NCBI RefSeq assembly: GCF_006345805.1
Contig: NC_043016.1
Coordinates: forward strand, 31,744,001-31,808,000
Length of the DNA: 64,000 nt
Direction: 5' to 3'
Origin: Octopus sinensis
Taxonomy: Eukaryota
Each line of letters opens with the position of its first letter. Positions within the stretch are counted from its first letter, which is position 1. A program made the position numbers and the translations under genes. Under the pieces are notes generated by a model that made no database searches, had not been told where the DNA came from, and saw only the letters and a list, made by a program, of their open reading frames with translations. This document shows, piece after piece, positions 49,121-63,334 of this stretch.

Positions 49121-50085
49121 TCTATAGTAATAAATATGAAAACGAATGTCAGTGTGTTACACTTTTTCAACTTTACTCCTTTGACCCCCTCTCTCACTAT
49201 TCAATGACACTTCTACTATTACTCATGCTTTACCCATCTCTCACTATTCAATAACTCTTCTACTTTTCTTCATTCTTGGTTTTTTTCTTAATCCTAATAT
49301 TTTGAAATAAATATTTCTCTAAATATTATAACTATTTGCAAAATAAACATTTTGAAAAGATCTTTCTCTAAATATTATAACTGTATCAAGTAATTTAACC
49401 ATAACATGTGCATAACATTCGGAACTGAAATACATACCTCTGTAACATAAAAATGTTGGAAACTTAGTATTTTTTCAGATATTAATAAAATTTGTCGGAT
49501 CTATGGCAACTTAGCACACTCCGACTACATGAAAACAGATTTGACTAATTTTATTATTACCTTAAAAAATAGATTTCAAACATCTTTATGGTCAAATACG
49601 TTTAGAGCAATTTCAAACATAAAAATCACACTTTAAAATAGAGCTTAGCGAAAGTGATGTAATTTTCCTTCAAACTATGAACAGGAGTTTAGGTATGTAC
49701 CAGCTACTACAAATAATTGTACAAAAAGTACATCAAATTGTCTTTAAATTAAGTGGCAGCAGAAGAATTATCGTTGAACTTTTAAAAGGTAAGTTTATTG
49801 TTGCCTACAGCCAGCTATATATTGGTTGTTCAAGGGTAGGGAACAGAAGCAAGCTATTTGTACTGACCCTGAATGGGAAGACAGAAACATGTTGTTTATC
49901 ATGCAGTTTTGCAATAAGTTCCAAGTCGACAAATTATATCATTGTTTTGATGAAAATTGTTCAAGTTTAATAAAATTTAATACATACTCAATGCATGAAG
50001 TGTCATTGTTGGGCCCAAGGCCCAATGAAAAGCCCTCCACAGGAGCTAGCTTAAAAGCCATCCAATAGGGTGGCTTTTAAGCTAG
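49121..50085 (+). mobile_element. Non-autonomous Helitron (965 bp) with a PIF1-helicase C-terminal remnant
   Basis: A|TCTATAGTAATAAATATG start; CTAG|T end (50082-50086). YSQLYIGCSRVGNRSKLFVLTLNGKT then, after a shift, VVYHAVLQ*, matching HGQLYVA.SRV...LFV....KT.NVVY.EVL. Confidence 0.82.
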
Positions 50086-51183
50086 TGACATATATATATA
50101 TACACACACATATATATATATATAACATTAGCTTGACTCAGAATTCCAATGTGGGGTTAGTGGGGTTCAGTTAAATGGTAATTAGGTTGTAAGGTAGTTT
50201 GTGATAGAGAGAGAAATTTGGGGTTATGTTATTATTATTATTCAGAAATTATCAACAGGAGTGGCTATTTAAGTGTGTCAGCTTCAGGTCATGGGATTGC
50301 CTTTTTTCTAGTGGTTCACAAAAAGGATGTAGGTAGGTAAAGGGAGATTTTGGTCAGCAGACAACTGGTTTTAGTTATTTTTGGTTTTATTTGGATTTAA
50401 TCTTTTACTTTGACAATGTAAAGGTCAAAGTTCAAAGTTTAGTCTAGCATTCAGGTCACTGTTAAATACAATATTTATTTATTCAGGAAGCCTTGGCATC
50501 TCAAAACCCTGAGATAATTCATGATGAATTCAATGATATGATTGTTTATTTGTAGAGTAACAATGTAGGATAGGTATAAGAGACTGGACCTGGCCAGTTT
50601 GAACAAAAAGCAGATAGAATATATGGGCTGGATATAGTGTGTTTGAATGTTAAAGGTTAAAAACTTAGTAATTGGGTGTGGCAGTTTTTTTGTAATGTTA
50701 TTTTTTTATTTTAAGAATGTAAGCAGGGGGTATGTTTCAGTTAATTAGTAAGGCTCTTTACTTTCTTCTGATGCTATTTGGGGTATTTGGAAGTTGGAAA
50801 TTATTAGTGGAACATGTCATAGTGTTGTTAAATATAGAAATTTGTTTATCTTGTGCTCTATGTTCACAGAAAGATGTGGGTAGGAGTGGATAATTTCTGG
50901 TCCAAATGTTTCTCTCTAGGAGTTCATTGTTCTATAAGCATTAATATGTAGGAATTTTAATCATTGTGTTTTATGGAGGCAGAGTTTGTGGGGTACGTGT
51001 TAATAAACATTACTTCAATTTTGTTTCAAACACGGCTATTTTATAATATATTATTTTAGGCGTATGGATATATGCAAAAATTTCAGGCCTTATAGAGGAA
51101 ATGATTATTTATAGATTTATGTGCGTTCTGAGATCCCCTATTCCAAAAAAGAATTTTCTTGAAAATTTATATTCTCTTGATGT

Positions 51184-51243
<60 letters not shown>

Positions 51244-51247
51244 CACA

Positions 51248-51396
51248 CAGGCGTTAGGAAGGGCATCCAGCTGTAGAAACATTGCCAGATTAGACTGGAG
51301 CCTGGTGCAGCCTTCTGGCTTCCCAGAACCCCGGTCGAACCGTCCAACCCATGCTAGCATGGAGAACGGACGTTAAACGATGATGATGATGATGAT
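51248..51396 (+). mobile_element. Family C element, young 3' fragment
   Basis: ggcgttaggaagggcatccagctgtagaaac...ccaacccatgctagcatggagaacggacgttaaac(gat)n. Confidence 0.88.
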
Positions 51397-51589
51397 GACA
51401 CATACACAAGGGCTGAAATTTTTGCATATATCCAATGCCGGCATCTTGTGTGCCCTATTATAATTATAAATTAATTATAAAATTTTGGAGCCACTTATAT
51501 TATTGTTGTTATTATTTATTTTACAAATAATATCTGTATAAATATTTTTTGAGTATTTATTCATTAATGAAACATATATATAAATATCT

Positions 51590-52110
51590 TTTATCTTAGG
51601 TCAGTCAATTGAGTGTGGCCATGTTGGGGCACTGCCTTGAAGAGTTCTAGTTGAACAAATCAACCCTGGGACTTATTCTATTGGTCTCTTTTGTCAAACC
51701 GCTAAGTTATGAGGATGTAAATACACCAACATCGGTTGTTGAGCGATGGCTGGGGGATAAACAGACACACAAACATATATATGTATATATATATATATAC
51801 ACACACACACGACAGGCTTCTTTCAGTTTCTGTGAACCAAATCCACTCACAAACTTCTTACCACCCAGTCACACTTGTGCCTATATATATATATATATAT
51901 AGATAGATAGATAGCTTACTGTTTCATTAAGGTATGATCAACAATATATATATATATTTCAGTTTCTGTCTACCAAATCCACTCAACCAATGTACTGATT
52001 GGCCCAAGGCTATAGTAGAAAACACTTGCCCAAGGTTCCGCAAAATGGGATTGAACCTGGAACCATGTGGGTGGGAAGCAAGCTTCTTATCACACAGCCA
52101 TGCTTACACC
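51590..52110 (-). mobile_element. Family A SINE fragments
   Basis: Tail half at about 51590-51870 and head half at about 51960-52110. Confidence 0.75.
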
Positions 52111-52676
52111 TATATATATAAATACATAGCTTATTGTTTCATTAAGGTAACATAAAAAAAAAACTTCATCCAGTGAGAGACAAAAATCATTTAAAGTACA
52201 CAATATAAAGATACTAGCTACTATAGCTTATTGCTTTGGAGACGCAGGTCTTGGCAGGTTCTAAGACAGTGACAAAAACCTGCCTAGACCTGTGTTTTCA
52301 AAGCAAGAAGCTATTAGTAGCTCATATTTTCATACTGTCTACATTAAATGACATATATATATCATTGTTTAACGTTTGCCTTCCATGCTGGCATGGGTTG
52401 GATGATATCATCATCGTTTAACATCTGCTTTCTACGCTGGTATGGGTTAAATGGTTCAACTGAGGACTGGCAAGGCAGGAAGCTGCACCAGGTTCTAATC
52501 TGATCCGGAAAGGTTTCTACAGCTGGATGGCCATCCTAATGCCAACCACTCTGAGTCTGTTGGGTGCTTTTTATGTACCATCAGCATGGGGGCCAATCAG
52601 GTGGCACTGGCATCAACCATGCCCAAATGGTGCTTTCTATGTGCCACTCGCATGATATATATATATATATAATATC

Positions 52677-52815
52677 ATGCATGGCTGTGTTGTAAGAAGT
52701 TTGCTGGGTTCAGTTCCACTGCGTGTCACCTTGGGCAAGTGACTTCTAGTATAGCCTCAGGCAGACCAAAGCCTTATGAGTGTATTTGGTAGACAGAAAA
52801 CTGAAAGAAGTGTGT

Positions 52816-52866
<51 letters not shown>

Positions 52867-53068
52867 CTTTATCCACCCCCCACCACGACCATTTGACAAC
52901 CAGTGGTAGTGTGTTTACATCCCTATAACTTATTGATCAGTAAAAAGGACAGATAGAATATGTATCTAGCAAAAAAAAAAATGTACAGGGATTGATTTGT
53001 TCGGCTAAAAATTATCCAAGATGGTGTCCCAGCATAGTTGCAGTGTGACTGAAACAAGTAAAATATAA
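52677..53068 (+). mobile_element. Family A SINE, decayed
   Basis: gggttcagttccactgcgtgtcaccttgggcaag core; tail gactgaaacaagtaaaa. Confidence 0.8.
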
Positions 53069-53739
53069 GATATATCTGTCTGTGTGTGTGTGTGTGTAGG
53101 GAATTTTCCTGTTGGCTTTAACACATGGAAGTCTAACAACCAACATTAAAGCTATTAGTCTACCTACTTAGATTATTTGTATTCATGGTGAAAGCTTGTG
53201 TAGCACCAGTAACACTCTTTGGAAATGCCTATAACCACAAAGATGGAGAAATGTTTGCCACAGTCAATGAACAACATACCTCAAATTTTTCTATTGTGTC
53301 AGTAGCACAATAAAAGTAGTCAGTACCAGTACTGGTATCACATAAAAGCACCCAGTACACTCTGTAAAGAGGTTGGTATTTTGAAGAGTAGAAACCAAGC
53401 CAAATCAGACCAGAACATAGTGCAACTCTCTGGTTTGCCAGCTCAGGTCAAACTACCCAACCCATGCCAGCATAGAAAATAGACATTAAAGGATGATGAT
53501 GACGATGAGATCTCTGTCTCCTGGATTTGTTGCCTGTAGCATGGCTTAGAGACCAACCCACTCTAGAAAGTTAAATGCACACTCGGGTACCAAACCAGAA
53601 GTTTCTAAATCCTTGTATGTACTTTCATATACATAGATATCATACAACTGGATGGCTGTTTGTTCTCCTTAGTTCATCCACTCTTTGAAAGCTTTTGTTT
53701 TTACATCTTGCAGAGTATTCAAAAAGACCACTTGAAACT

Positions 53740-53945
53740 GACATTGTTGGTCATGATGACAAGGGTTTCACTTGATTTTATCAACAGAACAGCCTGCTTT
53801 GTGAAGTGGCTGAGCACTTCACAGACAGGCATACCCTTAACATAGTTCTTGGGAGAGATTCAGCTTGACACATACTGTAACAAGGCTGGCCCTTTGAAAT
53901 ACATGTACCACCCATTTTTGCCAGCTGAGTGGACTGGAGTGATGA
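53740..53945 (-). mobile_element. Family E SINE fragment
   Basis: aacagcctgctttgtgaagtggctgagcacttcacagac...cccttaacatagttcttgggag is the reverse of the E body. Confidence 0.7.
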
Positions 53946-54479
53946 GTTGGCACGGATGGTAAGAAGTTTGCTTCCTGACCACATCATTTAGGTTCCAGTC
54001 TCACAGCATGGTACCTTGGGCAAGTGTCTTTTACTATAATCCTAGGCCCTGCAAGTCAATTTGGTGGATAGAAACTGAGAAAAGTCTATCGCATATTAAA
54101 GGCAAGGAGACAGTACACAGACACGCATACATACATGTGTGTGTGTGTGTGTGTGCATTTTTGCATGTTATGGTCGCCTTGACATGATAGTTGTTAGCGA
54201 ATGTCATCCTCATGAGAATGGCGTCCTTTGTTTCCAATATTCTGAGACTGGTCATAGGGAAATATTACCTAATATGGAGACAAGTGTGGGCCATTACAGG
54301 TAGAAACTTTGCCTCTACAAATTCTGTAAGACCCATATGAGCATGAAGTGTACGTTAAATGATGATGATGATGATGGTAAAAAAACATACATGTCCAGTA
54401 TAAACACTTTGCCTTTCTTTAATTTATGAAGTCCTGGTTGACACACACACATGCTCGATTTACATACATGTAAATATTG

Positions 54480-54790
54480 ATTTTAAATTTTGGCACAAGG
54501 CCAGCAATTTCGGGGAAGGGTCCAAACGATTATATTGATACCAGTACTCAACTGGTACTTATTTTACAGACCCTGAAAGGATGAAAGACAAAGACGACCT
54601 CGGTGGAATTTGAACTCAGAAAGTTAAGCCTTTTGCCTGGTGTGCTATATATATATATATATACACACACACTTCCGTCTCTACGTTCCGAGTTCAAATT
54701 CCGACGAGGCTAGCTTTGCCTTCCATAACATCCGGGGTCGATAAAATGCATTAGTCAAGTACTGTGGTCGATAGTATTGACTAAACAACC
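54480..54790. mobile_element. Head-to-head family D SINE fragments
   Basis: Reverse copy at about 54480-54650 and forward copy at about 54670-54790. Confidence 0.7.
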
Positions 54791-55509
54791 TTTTGCAAAT
54801 AACTGATCTTGTTCCTAAATCAGAAAGCACACATGATTAAGTATATATATGCCTATTTAACAGATGAATTGTAATTATCTGTGTGTATATAAATTACTAG
54901 CCATGGTAATATTCGTAATTCATGAAACCGATTGTAAACGAGGTCGCAAATAATTATAAACAACTGCAGTTGAAATTCACTGAAATACCAAAGAGGCTTT
55001 AATTATTATTATTTTTTCTCCTTTTATCATCGCAAGTGTCAATGGATAGCGGTCAAGTTGGGCATCTGAAGGCCCGTGTATGCATGTATGTCAGTGTTTC
55101 ACAATAGGGGTCCATGCAAGCTGAATAGTAAATGGAGGATCCACAGTAGTATGTTAAGGGTCTATAAAAAAAATTGCTTCAGATGTATTTTATTGCCAAG
55201 AAATAGTTAGGTTTCTTTCTCTTACGTTTTACATAGTTCAATCTATACAAGTAAATGTGAGAGTAACAAAATAAAAATTTTGAAAGAAATACCTATAAAA
55301 CTAGTTTTTATACATGGAATGGCTAGGGGGCTCCACCAGAATAAAAGTAGTACTGGAGGGGTTCAAAGGTTAAATAAAAAATTGAGAACTACTGCTCGTA
55401 TAACACACACACATACACAGTGTCAGACACAGAGGGATACTTTATGCTAATTGGTATATTTTCCCCCTTTGGAAATAAAGTTTTCTACAATAGGTACAAT
55501 AGGTACAAC

Positions 55510-55650
55510 GTGATCCCAGTGCTTAGCTGGTACTTATTTCATTCATCGACTCCGAAAGGACGAAAGGCAAAGCCGACCTCAGCGGAATATGAACGTAAAG
55601 ACGGACGAAATGTCGTTTAGCATTTTGTCCGGCTTGCTTTACAATTCTGC
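55510..55650 (-). mobile_element. Family D SINE fragment
   Basis: ccgaaaggacgaaaggcaaagccgacctcagcggaat. Confidence 0.72.
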
Positions 55651-56913
55651 CCGCTCGCAGTCTGTTCCCTTCGGAAATAATGTATTTTAATTTCACGACT
55701 AAATATAAAAATAAATGAAAATATATATCGCCACACATACATATACATATTATATGTAATATATATATATAATTACAATTTAATTATCGGAGAAAAGAAG
55801 AGACAATGTAAAATGATGAGAAAAAAAGAACAGTATATAAAATTATGGGCGGAGTTTTGGAATAGCTGTCCCTACCTCATAGGGAAGGAAGAGGAAATAG
55901 AATTAGGGGCTTAGGGACCAAAAAAAAAAAAAAAATGTGGAAAATTTCATCTCCCATAAAAGGTAGGAGTAGTTATTCCAAAACTCAGCTGAATTATGAG
56001 CAATCAAGTCATTAAAAATACGACATAATCAAATTTTACGAATAGAGAACAATCAAGAAATTTCCAATTAGCAGATTTTGATTTTCAAGAATTTTTAAAT
56101 AAACAAAACTTATAAACGTTTTAAAAGTATTAGTGACCACTTATAACTTTAAGTGGTTTGAAATGTAGCATAAAATGGTTGAAAAAAAAAAAAAAGAAAG
56201 AAATGCAACGAAAATGTAATAAAAAAATTGTTTCGGCAATTAGGGAAAACTATGGTAGTTAGAGCTGCAAAAGATATTTGCAAAATGCTCTTTAAAAGAG
56301 ATCCAAATGCTTGAGAAAATTAATGGCATTAGTTATAATAAGATCTGGAACGAAAACAAAATGGAATGTCATTTCTGGGACGCATTTCATTATAGAATCT
56401 TTTCTATTTTTGCATATAAATATTAATTTGTTACATACACTATACATAAAAAAAAAAAAAATTTAATTTATTCATGTTTGACAATGCCCGCATGAAATAA
56501 AACATAGATACATATATATATATTACAGAGCAAATAAATTTAAAGAAATTTAAAAATAAAAACGGTGATCAATTAAGAATTAGGAAATAAATAGATCCAA
56601 ACCCACCCACCCAAAAAAAGAAAAAAAAGAAACCTTTAATTGAATTATGCTGTTCTTTAATCTCATAAAAAAACAACTTAAGATATTCAGGGCATGACCA
56701 GTCCATCTTATTTTTCAAAGACTACATTATTCATTAATGTCCCTATCCCTCCCCTTTTTGTAAGATGGTAGGATTTGATTTGAGGAAGACTAGGTCCGCA
56801 ATTTTTAGCCGGTTGAACGACTATGTAGAACTTCTCCCGTTGGCTCAGTGTAAATCGTAGGGGAAAGCTTGTGGTGTTCACCCTTTTCACAAAGTTTTAA
56901 CATACACACACGT

Positions 56914-56946
<33 letters not shown>

Positions 56947-57659
56947 ATATATATATATATATATAAATATATATATGTATGTATGTATATATATAATGTA
57001 TATATATATACACACACATATATACATACACACATATGCATTTACACATTTATATCTAAAAATGCAAGTTTGTAAATAAAAATGGACGTTTTGCGTATAT
57101 ATATATATATATATATGTGTGGTGATCATGTTATATGTATGACTATATACATTTATATATATATGTATACACACACACATATATATATACACTCATATAT
57201 ATATAAAATGTACATAATATATAATTTAACTTGACACCATTATGTATATATATGTGTGTGTGCTGATCATGTTATATGTATGACTATATATATTCACACA
57301 CACACACTATATATATATATATATATACACACATACAAATACATATATATATATATATATATTATGTGAAAGTGGACGTTAAACGATGATGATGATGTGT
57401 GCGTGTTTCCTGATCATGTTATATGTATAAGTATGTACATTCATATATATGTTTATACATACATACACACTCACACATTCGAAATGTACATTTTAAATAT
57501 CATTTAGCTTGACACCATTATTAAATATATATAATATATGTGGACATAAATGTAAATAAAATGAAAGTGAATCAAAATGGACGTCTTGCGACTGTAAAGG
57601 TTGTCTAGTCCTCTGATGTGTATGTGTTCATATATATATAAAACACATACATACACATC

Positions 57660-57663
57660 AGAG

Positions 57664-57761
<98 letters not shown>

Positions 57762-57771
57762 ATATATATGA

Positions 57772-57805
<34 letters not shown>

Positions 57806-57819
57806 GTATGTATGTATAT

Positions 57820-57862
<43 letters not shown>
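57660..57862. repeat. (TA)n microsatellite of about 200 bp
   Basis: Nearly pure TA run. Confidence 0.95.
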
Positions 57863-60463
57863 ATCGACATTAAAAATATATATGTAAATACATAGTATGT
57901 CGATAGTTATAAACAGTTTTTAGACAACTGAAACATTTCAGTCGCAATGTCTTTTAAATCCTAAATTGACAATAAATAAAAGTTTCATAATGTATTCCGA
58001 GGTCTAATTTGAGTTAATCAAAATGCTTAGAGAAGAATTAGTGGTAAGCCCAACCGACCAGAAATAACAACCAATTTCCCTCTAAAATCACACCCACCGA
58101 ATTTGTTTTTTCTAGAGGACATATTGGATATTGCAGTCTGGATATGAGCAATGTCTGGAAAGAGAGGATGGTTTTATGGCCTAAAAAAACCATTGGCATT
58201 GAGGTTTCTATTTGTCGAAGGCTAACTTGGAGTTAAACAACGAATGCTACTACTGAAAATTAATAGACACAAAATTTGCATGAGTCATATAGTACGATAA
58301 TTATTCATTCCTTGGGATTCATCAATGATAGAAATCGCAAAGGAAAGGCAAGAGGGAGCCACAGAAGTGGTTTGACAAAGTAATTAAAGGATTTATAATT
58401 TTCACAAAATCTACAGTCCTACAAAATTGGACACGGGATAGGGTTGTGCAGCATACACTGTTCAAGGAAATAAATAGTCAATGACTTTGATCATGGTTTG
58501 GAATCGCAGGTCTGACCAGGGGCTGAACAACAATTAAACTAATGACCTCTTAATTAGACCAATACAGCACTAAAAATAAATATTACTATCAAGTGATGGG
58601 TAGATTTATTTTATTGCCTCATTTAAAACACTATATGGCCCCTAAGTGTCCTTTTAAAGAAATACATTGGTCAAAGAATTTGAGCCAGGTCTCTTTAAGT
58701 ACGAGACTAATTCACCACCCCATGAGTGACGGATGTCAATGGGAAGAAAGGTCAAAGGGCGCAGACTAAACTGCTGAAAAAAATAACACAAAACATATTT
58801 TGCAAACTTGTAAAAATATTCTTTTTTGATTTTGATGGTTAACAGGTCATTAGTTTCTTTCTGTATACTTTTTGTATTACAAATTTAATGACCGCAAATG
58901 CTCTCTCTGCCAGCGATAAGACGAGTCAGAGAAATAGCATGGTGGATTAATAAACGACTCTAGCAAATTCCAATGAGCTCAATTCTATTTTTAAATCAAT
59001 TTTAATTCTCATTCTTTTTTTTTAAATGAAACTTTAGTTGACACTTTTGGCGCCTTATTAAATTCTATGAATTGCAAAAAGAGCAAAAGAAAAAAAAAAA
59101 AGAAAAAATTAAAATCGCTTTCTTGGCGGTCGCTTGACCTGCCTGAAAAAAACAATCACCCTTATCTCAATACACCACACACATATTCCTTTTTCATAAA
59201 AGAGGACAAAGTAATGAAAAGCCAGATAAAGCTAAGACTTGTAGTCACGCGGTCTGGATGCCCTTGATTTATATAACAAGATCTGCTCGATCAGGTTTGA
59301 ATGTGTGGGGGTGGAATGAACAACATTTAAATATGTGTGTGTGTGTGTAAAAATGTGAAGGCATCAATGATAATGGTGAAAATTCTTTGTGTTATCCACC
59401 TAAATTATAACAGATTTATGCACAATTAGTAATTCAATGTACAAAAAAAAAAAAAAAGTTTACAGGTAAAGAAAGTTGGCCTTCATGTATATGAAAACAT
59501 AATCAAATAAAATCAAGATAACATGTAATATTTAAAGTAAGTTTTACTGATAAATCAGGTGATTTTTAAGACAACATTTGAAATGGGTGTATTTTTTCAA
59601 AAAGCAGTTTCAACAGAAAATACTTAAAATGATACATCTGTGCCAGATTGTTACAATATTTTCTCTAAAGTGAAAAAAAGGTACATGTATAGTATTACTA
59701 ATAATATATTAACAAAAAAAAGTTGGTTTTTTTTTTAAAGAATTAAAAGCTAAATGATTGTAAAATATTTCATGGAGGATTCATGATGGAAATTTCTGGA
59801 ATAATTAAAATGGCCGATATTTAGGAACTTTTTACCAACTTCCTGTTTCTTGATGCACTTTTTTTCTTATAAGAAAATTAAAAATTTTAAGATTTTTAAT
59901 GATTTTACCCATAACAACATCTATCTGAACCATTGTAAATTTAAGTAAATAAAAATATATTAAATCACTTTCTGAATTCGTTTTTCAAATGTATAGTAAA
60001 TAGCAGGGGCGTAGTAATACACCCCAATGTTTTCGAAGACTTTATAAACTGTAAAGGACTATTTGTCTCATTAGTGCAGATTCAGCCACAACCGTATGAC
60101 TATGGTTGTTGTGCTTAAGCGTCAACTGTCTCTCACCCCATCCCTTTCAAAGTATATATTAAAATAATATATACAATATATTTTCAATGTAATTCTACAT
60201 TGAAAGGAAAGCATAATGATCAAAATTTATTTGATTATATCTTTTCTTTATCCTCAAAAAAAAAAAAAAAAAAGTGTGAGAGGGAGAATTGACGCATCTT
60301 GTGTCTGGGTATAATTTTTGAGGTAAGTTCTTCACATTTTTTAATTAATTATCTTCAGTTATTATATTGACATTAGAAGGGCCACGAAGTTGATATATAT
60401 ATATATATATATATATAAAATGATGGGGTATACATGTGTGTGTGTATAGCAAATTTATATGTA

Positions 60464-60494
<31 letters not shown>

Positions 60495-63334
60495 CATAAT
60501 TACTCGTATATAACGTATACATGTGTATATCAATATACATATAATGGTGTATATGTATTATATATATACATACATAGATACATTTATATGTATGTGTGTG
60601 AAAATAGCTCAGAACATGAGTATATGTATTCCGTATTAATAATTACACATACGCACATGAGGGTACGTGTGTGAGAAAATTGCAATGTAATTAAATTCAG
60701 TCTTTGCATTTAAGTATTCTTTGTACACTTATGAAATTACGTTCTCGTTTACTGTGACCTTTAATAATTTATGAATTTTTTTTTATTAATATGTGCTCAT
60801 ATTTTATTTTACATCCTTGTTACTATTCATTCGTTCCTTTCGCCTTTTTTTTCCCATTCTAAAACTGATTATCAAAATCAGATTATAAATAAAGAAATGC
60901 TGATTGTTATATACTAATCTCACGTTTCTAGTTTCTATTGCGGAAATCAAATATTTTAACAATCTTAGAATTTTACTCAGATACATACATACACACACAC
61001 ACACTTCGTCGTTGAGATCATAACAAGCTTATTTAAAACATACCGCAATATCACATAAACTTCCCTTTGTTTAGCCCCTGGCCTGCTCTGATCGAGATCT
61101 TTGATTCAAAAACAATGACTCATGACCATCCCATTTTTTTTTATTACTCAGAACCACATTTTCCAATGACTTCTCTCTATTTTAAAATGTTGGAATGTGA
61201 TTTGAAGGAGACTCGACTGCAATTTTTAGCAGTTCGAACGACCGCGTTATGATTCGATCCCTCGTGTTTTTCAGCTATGACCGATCGTTCGAAACGGTAA
61301 CTATCAAATGATTGGTAACGAGCTAACTACTGTTATAAAAGATAATTTATGTTCAGCTTATGGCAATAATTACTCATTAATTAGTCAAGGAAGCTGGCAA
61401 TTAGTGTTGATAAAGTAAACGGCTCCTTTCTCCAGAAAAAGAAATATTTGCCTGCTATTTCTAGCACTCCCTTCTACCACTTAACAGCTATTTGCGATAA
61501 AGGACCCACCGATATTTGACTGTGAAATAATTTTGTGACCCCTTACCCGCTTTCGTTTCCGGAAAAAGTGGCTTGCGGCGAGTTTTGGAGGTCAGATACT
61601 CGATAAAAAAAAAACCGTGGAAAAAAAAATTATTGCACACCGAGGTACGAATGGGTCCTTTACGAAATATTTACCTAATTATTTTGGTCATTCATGGAAT
61701 GATTTGTATCTGGCCTAAATTCTGGCTTGAGTAGCAGAAAAGAAAATCTTTCGCCGGAAAGATCTGGTATTAAATTTTCAAGATTATAAAATACACGAAT
61801 TTCGTGTTCAAACACAAGACGAAACACTTTGGAGCTGTATCCAATAAAGGAACATTTGACTAGTAAAAATCGATTTAATCCTTTTCCTAATCCAGCAGTC
61901 TCTCATATTCTCTCTTTTTCAAATGAATCCAATGCGTGGCTCATAATTCTCATAATTTAATGTGATTTTTTCCCCCAATTGAAACTTTTTGCTGACTTTT
62001 AACTTTGCCAAAAAAAAAAGAAAGAAACCAACAACCTAATCCTTGGTTTTTGTATTCGAATTGGTTACAATTATTGTCTGTTTGAACTGTAAGACCGCAT
62101 TGTAGAAGAGGAAATAAGCACGGACGTTTATTGCACTAATGGATTAAGAGCATAAAAAAGATAGAGCAAAGTTCAGATAGTGGGCGATAACAAAAGAGGT
62201 CATAGAGAGGAAGAGAGTAACGAAGGGAGAGAAAAAAGATATTCATTTAGAAATGATGAAATATTTTGAGAGAGGGTAAAGGCGAGGAAAGAGGCGGGAA
62301 AAGGGTATGTGGAGATAAAACAGATAAACAGAAAAGATATCTATCTTGAAATGGAGGGCATATAATAATTGCGTCTTAAATGAAAACGTTCAAAATAATT
62401 TTTGAATATTTCTTCTTCTTGTGGAAATGCGTAGTTTATTAAATTAACTCGCATACACAATATAGGGAACAGTTTGTTGCAATAGTACAAATTCAATTGA
62501 ACTCGTGACCGGAGTGTAAAGATTAGGGAATATTAATGCTCTCTAAGAGAGTAAAAGAAAAATTTTTGTGACAAGAATTACTTTTGAAGTAACCGAGACT
62601 TGTTTTTTGTCAAGAATTGAATTAATTGAATCTGTAGTAGGGTCTCTGAAAGTGGTAAAAATGCTTTTCCTTTTATTTAAATATAAAGCTAATTCAAACG
62701 TGCATTATGCATTAATATTGCTCTTTTGTGGGAACATCTTAAATGAATAAATAAAATCAATTTAGCGATGTTGAGATTATAAACAGATGCCAGGATGAGC
62801 GCGCCCAAACGTCTACATTTATATGCAAATGAGTAGCTGCCAGATTGGTCTTAATCCATCTAAACCGGAAGTGATTGTAATGATTCATCGACTTTACCGG
62901 TGCTCTAAAGATAGTCTTTCCGGATTTTCTTCGCATCCTCATGTCATTGGATTGTTCTTGGTCACGTCTTAGAGATTTCAGCATCTTTGGACCTGGCTTG
63001 TGTAACATTCTTCTGTTTGTCAGTAACACTATAAATCAACATTGAAACTATGGGGAAATTGATCAATTTCCTTTGGTGCAACGGTCCTCCCGATGGGGGT
63101 GGTGGGATTATATTTATAATTGGTCTGTTGCATCTCGATCACTCGATGTCCGTAGAAACTAACATAGGATTTATTGTCAGGGGTTAAGCCGTCTAAGACA
63201 ACTTTTCCCCAGATTTGAGAGCCATCCGGGTAGTTTGGCGTTGTCCAACGACGTTGAAAATAGCGATGTCTTTCGTACGACATCATTATAGCAAATACAA
63301 AAGAGGAACCTAATAGCATATTTTATTTTGCACT

